Below are positions 53,673-63,683 of a DNA stretch of 64,000 bases, piece by piece; the stretch's first letter is position 1, and the number at the start of each line of letters is the position of its first letter. The DNA comes from a virus. A program made the position numbers and the translations under genes. The stretch lies in IMG/VR virus record IMGVR_UViG_3300044695_008209, positions 1-64,000 of that record. One strand, given 5' to 3'. The notes beneath the pieces were generated by a model. That model saw nothing but the letters and a program-made list of their open reading frames with translations, was not told the origin of the DNA and did not search any database.

Positions 53673-53888
53673 ATGAACTCGATCACCGTCACCGGCCCTG
53701 TCGACCTCCCCGCGATGAAGACCGCCGTCGAGCGCGAGCTCGAGGAGTTCGACGCGTTCTTCACCCGGCCCGTTTCCGACGGCGGGGCTGGGAACTCGGA
53801 CCCACTCCTCCCGATGGAGAAGGCCCTCCTCCGGACCTACCTCCTCGCCCACCTCTCTGGTCGGTTTTCTCCCCCAGCGGGGAGCTGA
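53673..53888 (+). CDS. hypothetical protein (71 aa)
   Basis: Codon bias; divergent from ligase. Confidence 0.55.
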   Translation: MNSITVTGPVDLPAMKTAVERELEEFDAFFTRPVSDGGAGNSDPLLPMEKALLRTYLLAHLSGRFSPPAGS

Positions 53889-54198
53889 ACAGTCCCTCCC
53901 GGAGACGCACCAACTCCCCAGGGGGACCACGAGCGGGCAGGGGCGCATCGCGCAGCTCGCTCTCGGTGCTGCAGTAGCCGAGCAGAGTCGAGGTCAGGGA
54001 GCCGGGGACGCGTCGCCCGGACGCATCGACCTCCCACCGCGCGTACGCCTGGATGTAGCACTCCAGCTCGGGGCGCCAAGTCACGTAGACGCCGCCCACG
54101 ACGTCCCCGTCGACCTCCACGAACCCCACTGACCAGAAGTCGACGGGACCCGCTCCGCAGGTCGGGCACTGGTACAGCGCCGAGGCGACCTCCACCAT
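53761..54198 (-). CDS. hypothetical protein (CPTC); 3' end uncertain
   Basis: Codon bias in the N-terminal half only. Confidence 0.45.
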   Translation of the reverse strand: MVEVASALYQCPTCGAGPVDFWSVGFVEVDGDVVGGVYVTWRPELECYIQAYARWEVDASGRRVPGSLTSTLLGYCSTESELRDAPLPARGPPGELVRLREGLFSSPLGEKTDQRGGRGGRSGGGPSPSGGVGPSSQPRRRKRAG

Positions 54199-54353
54199 GA
54201 GATGCGCCGGCTGAATCGGACAATGAAGCTGCATTATTCCTCCACTAAGAAAGATGCCTCGCGAACTTCGTAGGTCCGCAGAGAGGCGAGGTAGGGTTCT
54301 GCAGTTCCATAGTTCTTATGCGTCTTTTAGCTGGGAGTTATGGGACGACCCCC

Positions 54354-54722
54354 TCAGGCGGAGGGGGTGTTGTCCAGGGTCTGCTGCCGGATCTGCATCA
54401 GCAGCAGGAGCGCGCGGGCGTCACCCGGCTCCTCCAGGGCCTCGTTGAGCAAATCGACCTGCTCGTCCGTGGCGAAGTACGCCACCCCGCCGATGGTGAC
54501 CGGCTTGTAGGGAGAGGTCCCCTTCCCGTCGAACTCCTTGCGCACGGCCGCGGCGATGCGCTCCGCGGCCCCCGACTGCGCGCTGTTCAGCATCACGCCC
54601 GCCATCAGGCGTCGCGCGCGCATGTCCTTGATGTGCTTCTCGCTCTGCCAGGCGGCGACGCTGAGCGCCGCGTCCAGGGCAGCAGCCGCTGGAAGCGCGG
54701 CGAGGATGAAGAGAAAGGGCAT
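54354..54722 (-). CDS. hypothetical protein with hydrophobic N-terminus
   Basis: CATAAG at 54746; GGAGG RBS. Confidence 0.65.
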   Translation of the reverse strand: MPFLFILAALPAAAALDAALSVAAWQSEKHIKDMRARRLMAGVMLNSAQSGAAERIAAAVRKEFDGKGTSPYKPVTIGGVAYFATDEQVDLLNEALEEPGDARALLLLMQIRQQTLDNTPSA

Positions 54723-54794
54723 GGTTGTAGTGCCTCCTTGGCTACCTTATGACCAGGAAGGGCATCGACTTGCCCGGGCTGCTATGCTGCCTCC

Positions 54795-57700
54795 ATGCTG
54801 GTGTACCCCGATCAGATGCAGGGAGGTCCGGGCGGACAGATGCCCGGCGCCGTGCCTGTGCCCGGGCAGTCGGTCTACCCGCCGCAGTTCTCCTACGCGC
54901 CCCGGAACTACGGCGGGCCCGCGAACAACATGGCGTCAGGCATTGGGGCCGGCGTGGCCAGCATCCCATCGGCGATGAGCACGGTCGGCATGGTGGCCGG
55001 CGTCGGGTCGATGTTCTCCTCGAGCCCGATGCTTCGAGGGCTGTCCTTCCTCGACCCGACGACTGCGGGCTTCGAGATGGGTGCAGCCCGCTTCGCTGCT
55101 TCGCGAGCTGCCGGAGCCGGAATCGGGTCGGCCCTCGGAGCTGGCGCGGCGGTGGCCCTTCCCGTAGCGGCCGCCGGCATGGCTGCGTTCGAGGGCATGC
55201 GGTACACCGGGCAGCAGTTCATGACGGGTGCGCGCGAGCAGCAGATGCTCGGAGCGCAGCTGGGCGGCATCGGCTTCGCCAACGCCGGCGCGATGGGCGG
55301 TCGCGGGTTCGGGTTCGGACAGCAGCGGCAGATCGGCCAGATGATGCGCGAGATCGACGCGGCCGACCCCTTCACCACGATGGGTGACCTGAACAAGTCC
55401 ATGGACCAGTTCACCGGTCTGGGGATGCACCGCGGCATCGAGGACGCCAAGGAGTTCGCCAAGAAGTTCGAGCAGTTCGCCAAGACGACGAAGGAGATGG
55501 CCAAGATCCTCGGCAAGACCCAGGAGGAGGCGGGGGCCATCTTCGCCCAGATGAAGCACTCGGGGTTCTACACGGCGAACGACGTGATGGGGAACACGCG
55601 TCAGCTGGGCATGGCGCGGAGCATGGGCATGGACGAGCAGACGTTCCACGCCATGCAGGGTCAGGGGGCCGGAACCGCGCGCGCCCTGGGGATGCGTGGA
55701 CGCGCCGGCGCGGTCTCCTCTGCGCGCTTCGCGTCCGACCTCATGCTCGGCGCTACGAGCCGCGCCTCCGGTGGAGTCGGTGCCTTCTCGGACACCGACC
55801 TCATGGACATCACGGGCGCTGGAACCGGGGCCGAGGCTGCCGCGCAGATGGGCGCGCAGATGTCCGCGACGATCGGCAACTTCCTGACCAACACGGCCGC
55901 GGGCCGCGGGTTCACCTCCGTGCTCGGGGAGAAGCGCGGAGGCCGCTACACCGGCGGGCTGGACCAAGCGATGGTGGCGAAGATGGCGGGCGGCGGGGTC
56001 GCGTTCCACGATCTCGCGGGGCTGGGGAGCTCGAAGATGGGCGACGCCGCGGGGCGTGCCTCCTTCTCGATCGGGCAGAACAAGATCGCCTCCTCCATCA
56101 TGGAGAGCGACGCCGGAATCGACGCCCTCCTGACCAGCATCGACCGCGAGGCCGACAGCTGGGGACGCAAGAACGGGGTCGCGGAGGAGGATCGGTTCTC
56201 TCTGTTCGCGAAGAAGGTGCTGCAGGACGACGAGCGCATGCTCGAGAAGCTCAAGGAGACGAGGAAGCACGCCCTTGAGCTTCGGGTGGCGACGCTGCGC
56301 AAGATGCGTACGGAGAGCGCCGCAGCCGCCTACCAGGTGGACATGGCCGAGAACTACACCTTCGGCGGGGTGATGGCTCAGGTCGGCGAGGGGCTGTACA
56401 ACGTCACCGGCATGAACACGGTGCGTCAGGCCGGCGCGAACCTCACGTCGAGTTCGCAAGAGACCAGCCAGCGCGTGTGGGACACGATCACGGGGACTGA
56501 GCGGTTGAACATCTCCGACGCCAGTGCGCGTCAGAGTCTGATGCGGATTGTGTCTGGCCGGGGTGGCGGTGCCGGGCTGGGGACCGCCGCTTCGGGGCGA
56601 GACTTCGCCGGCGGGTCCGCGGCGGCGCAGAGCCTCGGTCTCGGGGGTGCCGGTGTTGCGCGAGAGCTGGGCATCCAGACCTCCATCGCTCGCACTGGGC
56701 GCTACGACCAGAACGATGAGAACTGGGGTGGTGGCGAGGGGCAGGCGATCGACTCCTTCATGTCCACCCCACAGGGACTCGCCGCCAAGAGCTACATCAT
56801 GCAGGCCCGTGCGCTGCGCGAGGCCGGCAAGGACGACTCCGAGCCCCTCCGGTTGGCGAGCGAGCTGATCGAGTCGAACCCCGCACTGCGAGCGGGCAAC
56901 GTCGAGCAGGATGTGGATTACCAAGGCGGCGCGGTAGCCAATACCGGACGCCGCGACAAGATCATGGCAGCGGTGATGTCGCGTGCTGGGGACGGGCGCG
57001 CGGCGGCGAAGCTTCGAGGCAAGGGCGGGATCAAGTCCCACGCATACGGAGACCTCAAGAGCGCGCGGGAGGCGGCTGAGGGCGCATGGGGTCCCGGCTC
57101 CGTGTTCGGGAGCGATCTGGAGCGCTCGAAGGTCGCCCTCGCCGCCGGCGGCGTTGGATCGGACCTGTTCGTCGCGATGTCCCAGGATAAAGACCTCCAG
57201 AGGGGGGACAACGCGCACCGCGGCCTCGGTGTTCTGGAGGAGGAGCTGGCGGAGGAACTTCGGTACGCCACAGGAGACGAGCGCCTCGACATTTTGGCCC
57301 GCGGTGCGAGCAAGAAGTACGGGCAGTCGTTCTCCCGGGAATCGGTGAAGGCGCTGGCCAGTGTGGAGGCGCAGGAGTCCGAGTTCTACAACATGAAGTA
57401 CTACCGCCAGGGAGGGGCAGGCTCCGCCGAGGCGCGCAAGGAGCTGTCAGGACTCTACGCGACGGCCGGGATGAAGGCCAAGGACTACCAGGACTACGCG
57501 ATCCAATCCACGACGGCCCGGGGGCTGTCTGGGGTTCTGGGCGGAGCTCCGGAGGAGATCCGGCAGGCGCTCGGCGCGGACTACGACAGAGCGCTCACCT
57601 CGATGCGGGCGCTCGCAGACGGCGGCGGCAACTCCGGCGCGGCATTCAACGACCTGAGCGCGCTGATCACCTCTGTCGGGAGCAAGGACCTCAGCGGGAT

Positions 57701-58097
57701 GGCCGGAGGGAAAGAGCTGATGATGCTCGCTGCCCGCCAGAAGGCGGGACTCACGGCCGCGTCCACCGGGAGCCTCTCTGCGACCGCGAAGGCGATGGGC
57801 GTCTCCGAAGAGGACCTTCGCACTCTTTCCGGCAACGCGAGTGGAACGCTCACCAACGAGGACCTCTCGAAGGCCGTCATGCAGATGAGCGGGGTGCAGA
57901 CTGCCGAGGCGCTCGGCTCCGCACAGGGTGGCGGGATCTTCCGTCGTGGAGAGACCGTGGAGCAGCAGATGATGCTGAACCTGGAGTCCCTGGCGAAGAC
58001 GGTCAAGCAGGCGTCGGAGAACACCGCCATCCTCGCCTACAACATCAAGGAGGGTAAGCCTTTGACGGTGCCTCCTGCTGCGGAGGCACCGAGATGA
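54795..58097 (+). CDS. tape-measure-like protein (1100 aa)
   Basis: Long Gly/Ala/Met-rich helical protein directly upstream of baseplate-like genes; TATGCT-N6-ATG start. Confidence 0.7.
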   Translation: MLVYPDQMQGGPGGQMPGAVPVPGQSVYPPQFSYAPRNYGGPANNMASGIGAGVASIPSAMSTVGMVAGVGSMFSSSPMLRGLSFLDPTTAGFEMGAARFAASRAAGAGIGSALGAGAAVALPVAAAGMAAFEGMRYTGQQFMTGAREQQMLGAQLGGIGFANAGAMGGRGFGFGQQRQIGQMMREIDAADPFTTMGDLNKSMDQFTGLGMHRGIEDAKEFAKKFEQFAKTTKEMAKILGKTQEEAGAIFAQMKHSGFYTANDVMGNTRQLGMARSMGMDEQTFHAMQGQGAGTARALGMRGRAGAVSSARFASDLMLGATSRASGGVGAFSDTDLMDITGAGTGAEAAAQMGAQMSATIGNFLTNTAAGRGFTSVLGEKRGGRYTGGLDQAMVAKMAGGGVAFHDLAGLGSSKMGDAAGRASFSIGQNKIASSIMESDAGIDALLTSIDREADSWGRKNGVAEEDRFSLFAKKVLQDDERMLEKLKETRKHALELRVATLRKMRTESAAAAYQVDMAENYTFGGVMAQVGEGLYNVTGMNTVRQAGANLTSSSQETSQRVWDTITGTERLNISDASARQSLMRIVSGRGGGAGLGTAASGRDFAGGSAAAQSLGLGGAGVARELGIQTSIARTGRYDQNDENWGGGEGQAIDSFMSTPQGLAAKSYIMQARALREAGKDDSEPLRLASELIESNPALRAGNVEQDVDYQGGAVANTGRRDKIMAAVMSRAGDGRAAAKLRGKGGIKSHAYGDLKSAREAAEGAWGPGSVFGSDLERSKVALAAGGVGSDLFVAMSQDKDLQRGDNAHRGLGVLEEELAEELRYATGDERLDILARGASKKYGQSFSRESVKALASVEAQESEFYNMKYYRQGGAGSAEARKELSGLYATAGMKAKDYQDYAIQSTTARGLSGVLGGAPEEIRQALGADYDRALTSMRALADGGGNSGAAFNDLSALITSVGSKDLSGMAGGKELMMLAARQKAGLTAASTGSLSATAKAMGVSEEDLRTLSGNASGTLTNEDLSKAVMQMSGVQTAEALGSAQGGGIFRRGETVEQQMMLNLESLAKTVKQASENTAILAYNIKEGKPLTVPPAAEAPR

Positions 58098-58306
58098 GCC
58101 GCCGAGAGGTCTCCTTCACCATCCAAACCGAGGACGGCCCCAAGACCGTCACGGTTCTCAGCGCGGTCTCCGTGGACGACGTGACCCGCGTGGCCCTCGG
58201 GAGCTACGTGCGCAGCGTGCGTGATGGCACCGAGTACGCTACCCCCTTCTCCCGCGGCATTCGCGACCTGCTCGTGCGCACGCGCATCTCGCAGAGGAGT
58301 TCCTGA
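58094..58306 (+). CDS. hypothetical protein (70 aa)
   Basis: ATGA overlap. Confidence 0.7.
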   Translation: MSRREVSFTIQTEDGPKTVTVLSAVSVDDVTRVALGSYVRSVRDGTEYATPFSRGIRDLLVRTRISQRSS

Positions 58307-59616
58307 TGGAAGGCGCAGGCTCTCCGGTAGCCGTGCTGATCGAGTCGCCCCTCACCGGGGTGACTACGGGTACGCGCTTCACTTCTGGTACGGACATCAA
58401 CAGTCCACTCGGGAAGCAGCACCTGGCGCGGCGGCCGATGCGCGGGATCCAGGTCAAGTCCGAGACCTTCGCCACCTTGGCCCTCTCGACGTCGGCCTTC
58501 GACCTGAAGAACTCCAGCGCACCCTCCACGGGTGCCAGCTTCACGTCGAACTTCCTGCTCCAGTCCGTCTCCGAGCAGCGGCAGGAGAAGTTCCAGACCG
58601 TCCCCACCTTCGGAGCCACCTACGGCTTCTTCTACGGCGAGCAGCCGCGCATCGTCGCTTTCCAGGCCATCCTCCTCAACACCGCCGACTTCCAGTGGGA
58701 GGCGGAGTGGTGGGAAAACTACGACCAGTTCCTCCGCGGGACGCGCCTGGTAGACCGCGGGATGACCGTGACCCTGACGTACGAAGACGTCGCTCTCGAG
58801 GGCTACCTCATCGGTGCCAGCGTCACGAAGCAGGAGCCCAATCCTTGGATCGCGAACCTCTCCTTCACCATGTGGGTGACGCGGGTCACCTACCTGAGTT
58901 CCCCGGTGGGGGCCGGGTACATCCACCCCGACCACCTGCGGTCGGGGCAGACCCAGTACGACGAGTTCGAGTCCAGCGAGGGCCTCGGCAGCGCGCCCTC
59001 CATGCTGGCCGAGGTCCGGGCCCGGAACGTGGCTTCCCTCGCAGCAGGCGAGGCCACGGGCCTTCTGGGAGCACTGTCCAACGCGGCCAACGCCGTGCAG
59101 GGGTTCTCCGACAAGGTCGGCAACGCGGTGGACAACGCACTGGACTGGCTCTACGGCCGGAACATGGTCATCCCGGTGGGCTTCGCCACCTCCGACGATC
59201 GACCGGGCGCAGCCATGATGGCCGACGGATCTGGCACGGTGCTCCTGCCGAACGGCCTGACTGCGGGGACCGCGACCATCCGGTCCCCTGTGCGTGTCGC
59301 TCCGCTGGTTCAGGTGAGCGGCCCGTTCAACTTCTACGACCACAACGTCGACGAGTACCCAGCCCGCTTCCAGGCCGGGGTGCAGCTCGTCGACACCGTG
59401 CAGGAAGAGACGGCGGACCCCGCCATCGCCTTCGCGGAGGAGATGTACCGGAACTTCGGCATCGACGTCAGCAACGAGGAGGGGCAGCAGACGAGCGACG
59501 TGATGCAGGCGCTTGGGCGGGCCACCTTCGCCGCGCTCTCGTACACGGCCAGCGTGCTCAGCGCGCAGGACAAGTCCAACCTCTCCGGCAAGCCCATCGT
59601 CCCTGAGATCACATGA
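58306..59616 (+). CDS. baseplate / tail-tube-initiator-like protein (436 aa)
   Basis: Position between TMP and hub; beta-rich N-terminal domain. Confidence 0.5.
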   Translation: MEGAGSPVAVLIESPLTGVTTGTRFTSGTDINSPLGKQHLARRPMRGIQVKSETFATLALSTSAFDLKNSSAPSTGASFTSNFLLQSVSEQRQEKFQTVPTFGATYGFFYGEQPRIVAFQAILLNTADFQWEAEWWENYDQFLRGTRLVDRGMTVTLTYEDVALEGYLIGASVTKQEPNPWIANLSFTMWVTRVTYLSSPVGAGYIHPDHLRSGQTQYDEFESSEGLGSAPSMLAEVRARNVASLAAGEATGLLGALSNAANAVQGFSDKVGNAVDNALDWLYGRNMVIPVGFATSDDRPGAAMMADGSGTVLLPNGLTAGTATIRSPVRVAPLVQVSGPFNFYDHNVDEYPARFQAGVQLVDTVQEETADPAIAFAEEMYRNFGIDVSNEEGQQTSDVMQALGRATFAALSYTASVLSAQDKSNLSGKPIVPEIT

Positions 59617-62600
59617 GCCAGCTTGGAAGAGCAGAGCCGCTGCACCTGCGCCTCTTCATCGAGGGCATCGAGGTGCCAGTCATCAGTGCGGTCGTCAGCG
59701 GAAACGAGGGTGCGCCGGCGAGCGCGCAGATCGAGATCGTGCCGGCCAACGCGGGGCTGCACCTCGCAGCGCGCAGCAAGGTCATCCTCTTCTTCTACGA
59801 CGGAGGGGACGAGACGGCTCCCTCCGACGCCGACATCGAGGCCAGCAACGCGGGTGCGCGCACCCCGACCGAGGAGCGGAGGCTGGAGGACGAGGGCTAC
59901 TACCAGCTGTTCTCGGGCGAGCTCTTCTCGCTCACCTACTCGAAGTCGGGCGCCGGGTCTCGCGGGCTGGTGCTCCAGTGCCTGGACGACAGCAACAACT
60001 GGGACACGACGTACCTCTACACCCTGCGCTACTCGGCTGACTCCGAGGAGGGGGTGGTCGCGGGCAGCCAAGCAGCCATGATGGGGATCAGTGGCGGGGC
60101 CGCCGCCCCCGACGACATCCTCAACGACCCCCCGCACATCATCAGCACGATCTCCAAGCGGCAGCAGGCGCTCAACCCCTCCGTGGCGGGGTCGAAGGGC
60201 ATGCTCGGCGGCCTGCTCGGCATCCTCGAGCTCATCGGCGGTGTGCCGGGGCAGTACATGGGGATGACCGCCTGGCACACGATCCAGGAGACGCGCGTCC
60301 GGCTCCTGGACCAGATCGCGGCCGACGACGGGGACACGGCGGTGCAGGTCTTCGACGAGACCGCGTTCGAGCACTGGCTACTGGCGGGCGTCGCGGATCT
60401 CGGCACCGTCGTCAGCTTTCGGACGATCGTCGACCTCATCAACCAGTTCATCTACTACACGGTCTCGCCGAACCCGGTCGGGGTCTACATCCCCGGGGAC
60501 GGAGGTGTTCCGAAGTGGCCGGACGGGCTCTTCGACGCGGCGATCGAGAACGAGTCGACGGACGACAAGACCGGGGTGGATGCCGGCATGGATCCGGAGT
60601 TCGCTGAGCTCAAGAATGCCATCCTGGCGTACTTGATCAACGACCTCGGGTGGGACGGGGCATCCGCGAAGTCCGGGGGGAAGCCGCGGGCGCGCATGAC
60701 CAGTGGCTACCGGAGTTCTGCCGAGCAGGCGGCTGTCATGGTCGGTACGGCCCGAGAGGGGCAGACGCCTTCCAGTCCCCACATGGCCGGGTTCGCAGCC
60801 GACTTCAGCACGACGGATGGGATCGGCTTCTGCTACAAGAACAAGCCGAGCGACTCCCCGAAGGCGAGCCTCCACAAGCGGCTGATCTGGGCCGCCACGA
60901 AGTACGGCCTCTCGGACGCGGACAAGATCTACGAGAAGGCAGTCGATAAGGGGCTGCTGACGAAGGTCGAGGTCGCCAGGGCGAAGCAGATGGTCAACTT
61001 CTACCGGGACCTGGAGAAGGCGGTCAAGGAGCGGGGACAGGGGAAGGTGTTCTGGGGGGGCGGCTGGTCTGCCACAGATGCCTGGCTCAAGCTCTACGGG
61101 CTCGGCGGGGACTGCGTGCACACCGAGAGGATCGGGTGGCGCGACAAGGTCAAGGGAGAGGGCAGCGACGGGTCGAAGACGACCTCCCCCGTAGATCTCA
61201 GCGGGTACTACACGTCCAGCCTGATGAACCGCGAGCGACTCTTCACGCAGTTCTTCCACCCCGACATCTGGTTCGCCTCCCCTCCGGCGTGCAACGTCAT
61301 CTTCCCCGAGGAGATCACGACGCTCACGTTCAACCGGGACTTCATGCGCGAGACCACGCGCCTGCAGCTCTCGACGGTCAACGCTGTCATCGGGGACTCG
61401 ACGCTGCTCAACCCCGTCTACTTCGCCCCCACGATCGACAAGGCACTCAACCTGACGAGCGGTGGGCTTGGAACAGCCGCGCGCGCGTTCATCATGCCGC
61501 ACGAGAAGTTCAGCGGCATCGTGCCGAAGATGGAGAAGATCTCGGACCTCTCCCTCTACGTGCGCATCTCCGAGGAGCAGGAGGCGGCGGAGCCCGCCGC
61601 AGCTGCTCCCGCTACCGCAGAGGACCAGTACGCGACGTCCGACCCCAACGCGCCGGAGCCGACCCCATCGACCACGCCTGAGGTGCCGCCCGCAGAGGGG
61701 GAGGAGAAGTCCACGCTCGAGAAGTGGGCCGCGCGCACCACCGCCTTCACGTTCCTCTCGTACAGGTACGACGCGCGCTCCCTGAGCCTGTCCCTGAAGT
61801 TCACCCCCCGCCTCGCGATCGGGTTCCCGGCGCTCGTCGTCGACCGGACGAACCCAGAGACCACGGAGGACGAGCAGAACGAGCCCTCCACCAGCTCCTT
61901 CTCCTCGAACCACTTCCTCGGGACGATCCGCTCTCTCACGCACTCGGTCACCCAGGAGGGCGGCGCCACCACAGCGAGCTTGAGCCACGCGCGCCTCCAC
62001 AAGGCGGCCATGGACGACCTGCACGCCGCTTCCGTCTACGAGAACAAGGGGATGCTCTCCGTCCAGGTCGTGCCCAACCCGGCCGAGCCGCAGACGTACA
62101 CCAACACGGACACCTCGATGGGAACGCGGGTCTTCCGGTGGCTGCAGTCCGTGCGGGACAAGCTGGTCGCCGGGAAGCTCGACCTCGCCAAGCCGGACAT
62201 CCCGGGCCCACACGGAATGGCGCTCACGGGTGCGATCACAGTGGTGAAGGTGCTCCCCGAGGGGGGCACGGTGACGTGGTCTACGAACATCAGGGACCTC
62301 GTCGGACCGCAGCTCCAGGACGAGTTCCCCTTCTCCAGCATCACCTACACGGAGCAGACCGGGACCGCCGCCTACCTGCCTCTCGAGGAGGCGATCAAGC
62401 CCGCCTGGGTATCTGAGACCTACTCGAACAAGCTCATCGGGGGCTTCTACAAGCAGATCCTCGGTTGCGGTTCGATCCACGATCTGTACCCGAACGTCTC
62501 TCCAGGAGAGGCCCCGGACGGGGTGCCCTACTCCGGTGCCAGCATCGAGCGCGTGACGGAGGCCCTGGTGGCGGAGTACTCCGCCAGTTCGGATGGAGGG

Positions 62601-62909
62601 TACCTCGGGCACGAGTTCATCCGCGGGAAGACCGGCCGCAGCTACGCCAGCATCGGCCAGGTGTTCGGCTACGAGACTGGAACCGGAGAGAGCCGGAAGA
62701 AGGTCGAGGGGTTCTACACCCAGTCCATCGGGGACTTCTCCGGGCTCAAGGGGGACCGGTGGACGTGGATGACGGAGTCGAACGGGACGCTGGTGAACGA
62801 GCACGAGGACAACAAGATCGACCCCGGCCTCGACCCGCGAAGCGGGAGACGTGCTCCAGCCCTCGCCTACCAGTACGAGTTGACCCGGGCCTTGGGCCGC
62901 CGGGGTTAG
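59613..62909 (+). CDS. baseplate hub-like protein with internal M15 peptidase domain (1098 aa)
   Basis: N-terminal LRLFIEGIEVPV hub-like start; internal TSGYRS..EQ, SPHMAGFAADF, WGGGW...DCVHTE. Confidence 0.7.
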   Translation: MSQLGRAEPLHLRLFIEGIEVPVISAVVSGNEGAPASAQIEIVPANAGLHLAARSKVILFFYDGGDETAPSDADIEASNAGARTPTEERRLEDEGYYQLFSGELFSLTYSKSGAGSRGLVLQCLDDSNNWDTTYLYTLRYSADSEEGVVAGSQAAMMGISGGAAAPDDILNDPPHIISTISKRQQALNPSVAGSKGMLGGLLGILELIGGVPGQYMGMTAWHTIQETRVRLLDQIAADDGDTAVQVFDETAFEHWLLAGVADLGTVVSFRTIVDLINQFIYYTVSPNPVGVYIPGDGGVPKWPDGLFDAAIENESTDDKTGVDAGMDPEFAELKNAILAYLINDLGWDGASAKSGGKPRARMTSGYRSSAEQAAVMVGTAREGQTPSSPHMAGFAADFSTTDGIGFCYKNKPSDSPKASLHKRLIWAATKYGLSDADKIYEKAVDKGLLTKVEVARAKQMVNFYRDLEKAVKERGQGKVFWGGGWSATDAWLKLYGLGGDCVHTERIGWRDKVKGEGSDGSKTTSPVDLSGYYTSSLMNRERLFTQFFHPDIWFASPPACNVIFPEEITTLTFNRDFMRETTRLQLSTVNAVIGDSTLLNPVYFAPTIDKALNLTSGGLGTAARAFIMPHEKFSGIVPKMEKISDLSLYVRISEEQEAAEPAAAAPATAEDQYATSDPNAPEPTPSTTPEVPPAEGEEKSTLEKWAARTTAFTFLSYRYDARSLSLSLKFTPRLAIGFPALVVDRTNPETTEDEQNEPSTSSFSSNHFLGTIRSLTHSVTQEGGATTASLSHARLHKAAMDDLHAASVYENKGMLSVQVVPNPAEPQTYTNTDTSMGTRVFRWLQSVRDKLVAGKLDLAKPDIPGPHGMALTGAITVVKVLPEGGTVTWSTNIRDLVGPQLQDEFPFSSITYTEQTGTAAYLPLEEAIKPAWVSETYSNKLIGGFYKQILGCGSIHDLYPNVSPGEAPDGVPYSGASIERVTEALVAEYSASSDGGYLGHEFIRGKTGRSYASIGQVFGYETGTGESRKKVEGFYTQSIGDFSGLKGDRWTWMTESNGTLVNEHEDNKIDPGLDPRSGRRAPALAYQYELTRALGRRG

Positions 62910-62938
62910 TATAGAGTCCCATCGTCTCGGAGTCCTGC

Positions 62939-63154
62939 ATGCCGACCGCCATCTCCATCGACACCCTCCGCGCCTTCTCGTCCGAGATCTCTGGGATGCA
63001 GAAGGAGTCCGCGGCCACGCTCCCGGACAAGTGGACGGCAGCAGCCCTTCTTGCCGGCGGAGCGATCGGGTCGCACGTCCTGAAGAAGGCCGTACAGGAC
63101 TGGAAGAACGGGCGGCAGATGCGGGTGCAGCAGGCCAGCTACGGAGGGTACTGA
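62939..63154 (+). CDS. small virion-like protein (71 aa)
   Basis: GGAG RBS; hydrophobic helix. Confidence 0.7.
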   Translation: MPTAISIDTLRAFSSEISGMQKESAATLPDKWTAAALLAGGAIGSHVLKKAVQDWKNGRQMRVQQASYGGY

Positions 63155-63678
63155 TGAGCGACGTCGTCAAGAAGCCGGAACTCCACGACTCCCCCGCGCT
63201 CGAGTCCTACGCGAAGTGGCGCCCTCGCCTGCGCCGTGGGGCCTCGTGGGCGTTCCCCGTCGCCGCGGTCGGCAAGGCTGTCGGCGGCGAGGCGCGTACC
63301 ATCGTCCCGCTCACGATCGCTGCCGGAATGGCAGGCGCCGCGGACGCGACGCTCGAAGAGAAGCTCCGGCAGTACAAGGACCACAAGGCCCGCGCGCTCG
63401 TGCAGCGCGGATTCGAGGAGAAGCACATGAGCAGCAAGAAGGCGAGTGTCGAGGATGCCAGCCTGTTCCCCGACGCTGCGGTCACCGCTGCTGAACGAGA
63501 GGCGAGCATCACGCTCACCGGACTCACGCGCAAGCGCGACGAGCTCTCCGCGCGGGCGAACAGCCAGCTGTCGGACTACTTCCCCTCCGCCGCGAAGCAG
63601 AGCGGCAGCTACGGGCGCGGGCTCCGCGTGACCACCGGCCACGGCTCGATCGCGCAGCTGCTCGCCGGCTCGAAGTAG
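63154..63678 (+). CDS. hypothetical protein (174 aa)
   Basis: TGATG overlap. Confidence 0.7.
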   Translation: MSDVVKKPELHDSPALESYAKWRPRLRRGASWAFPVAAVGKAVGGEARTIVPLTIAAGMAGAADATLEEKLRQYKDHKARALVQRGFEEKHMSSKKASVEDASLFPDAAVTAAEREASITLTGLTRKRDELSARANSQLSDYFPSAAKQSGSYGRGLRVTTGHGSIAQLLAGSK

Positions 63679-63683
63679 GGCGC

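Larger units (their letters stand above)
8245..54751 (-). promoter_or_regulatory. dispersed phage promoter motif YGGNCATAAG (>=27 copies)
   Basis: CTTATG on + strand at 8245, 9541, 10286, 18739, 19152, 20680, 21412, 23094, 24878, 25229, 26310, 26844, 27781, 28294, 29213, 29716, 30516, 31384, 32092, 33376, 33701, 35658, 36302, 46464, 49124, 54315, 54746; nearly all just upstream of minus-strand starts. Confidence 0.85.
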
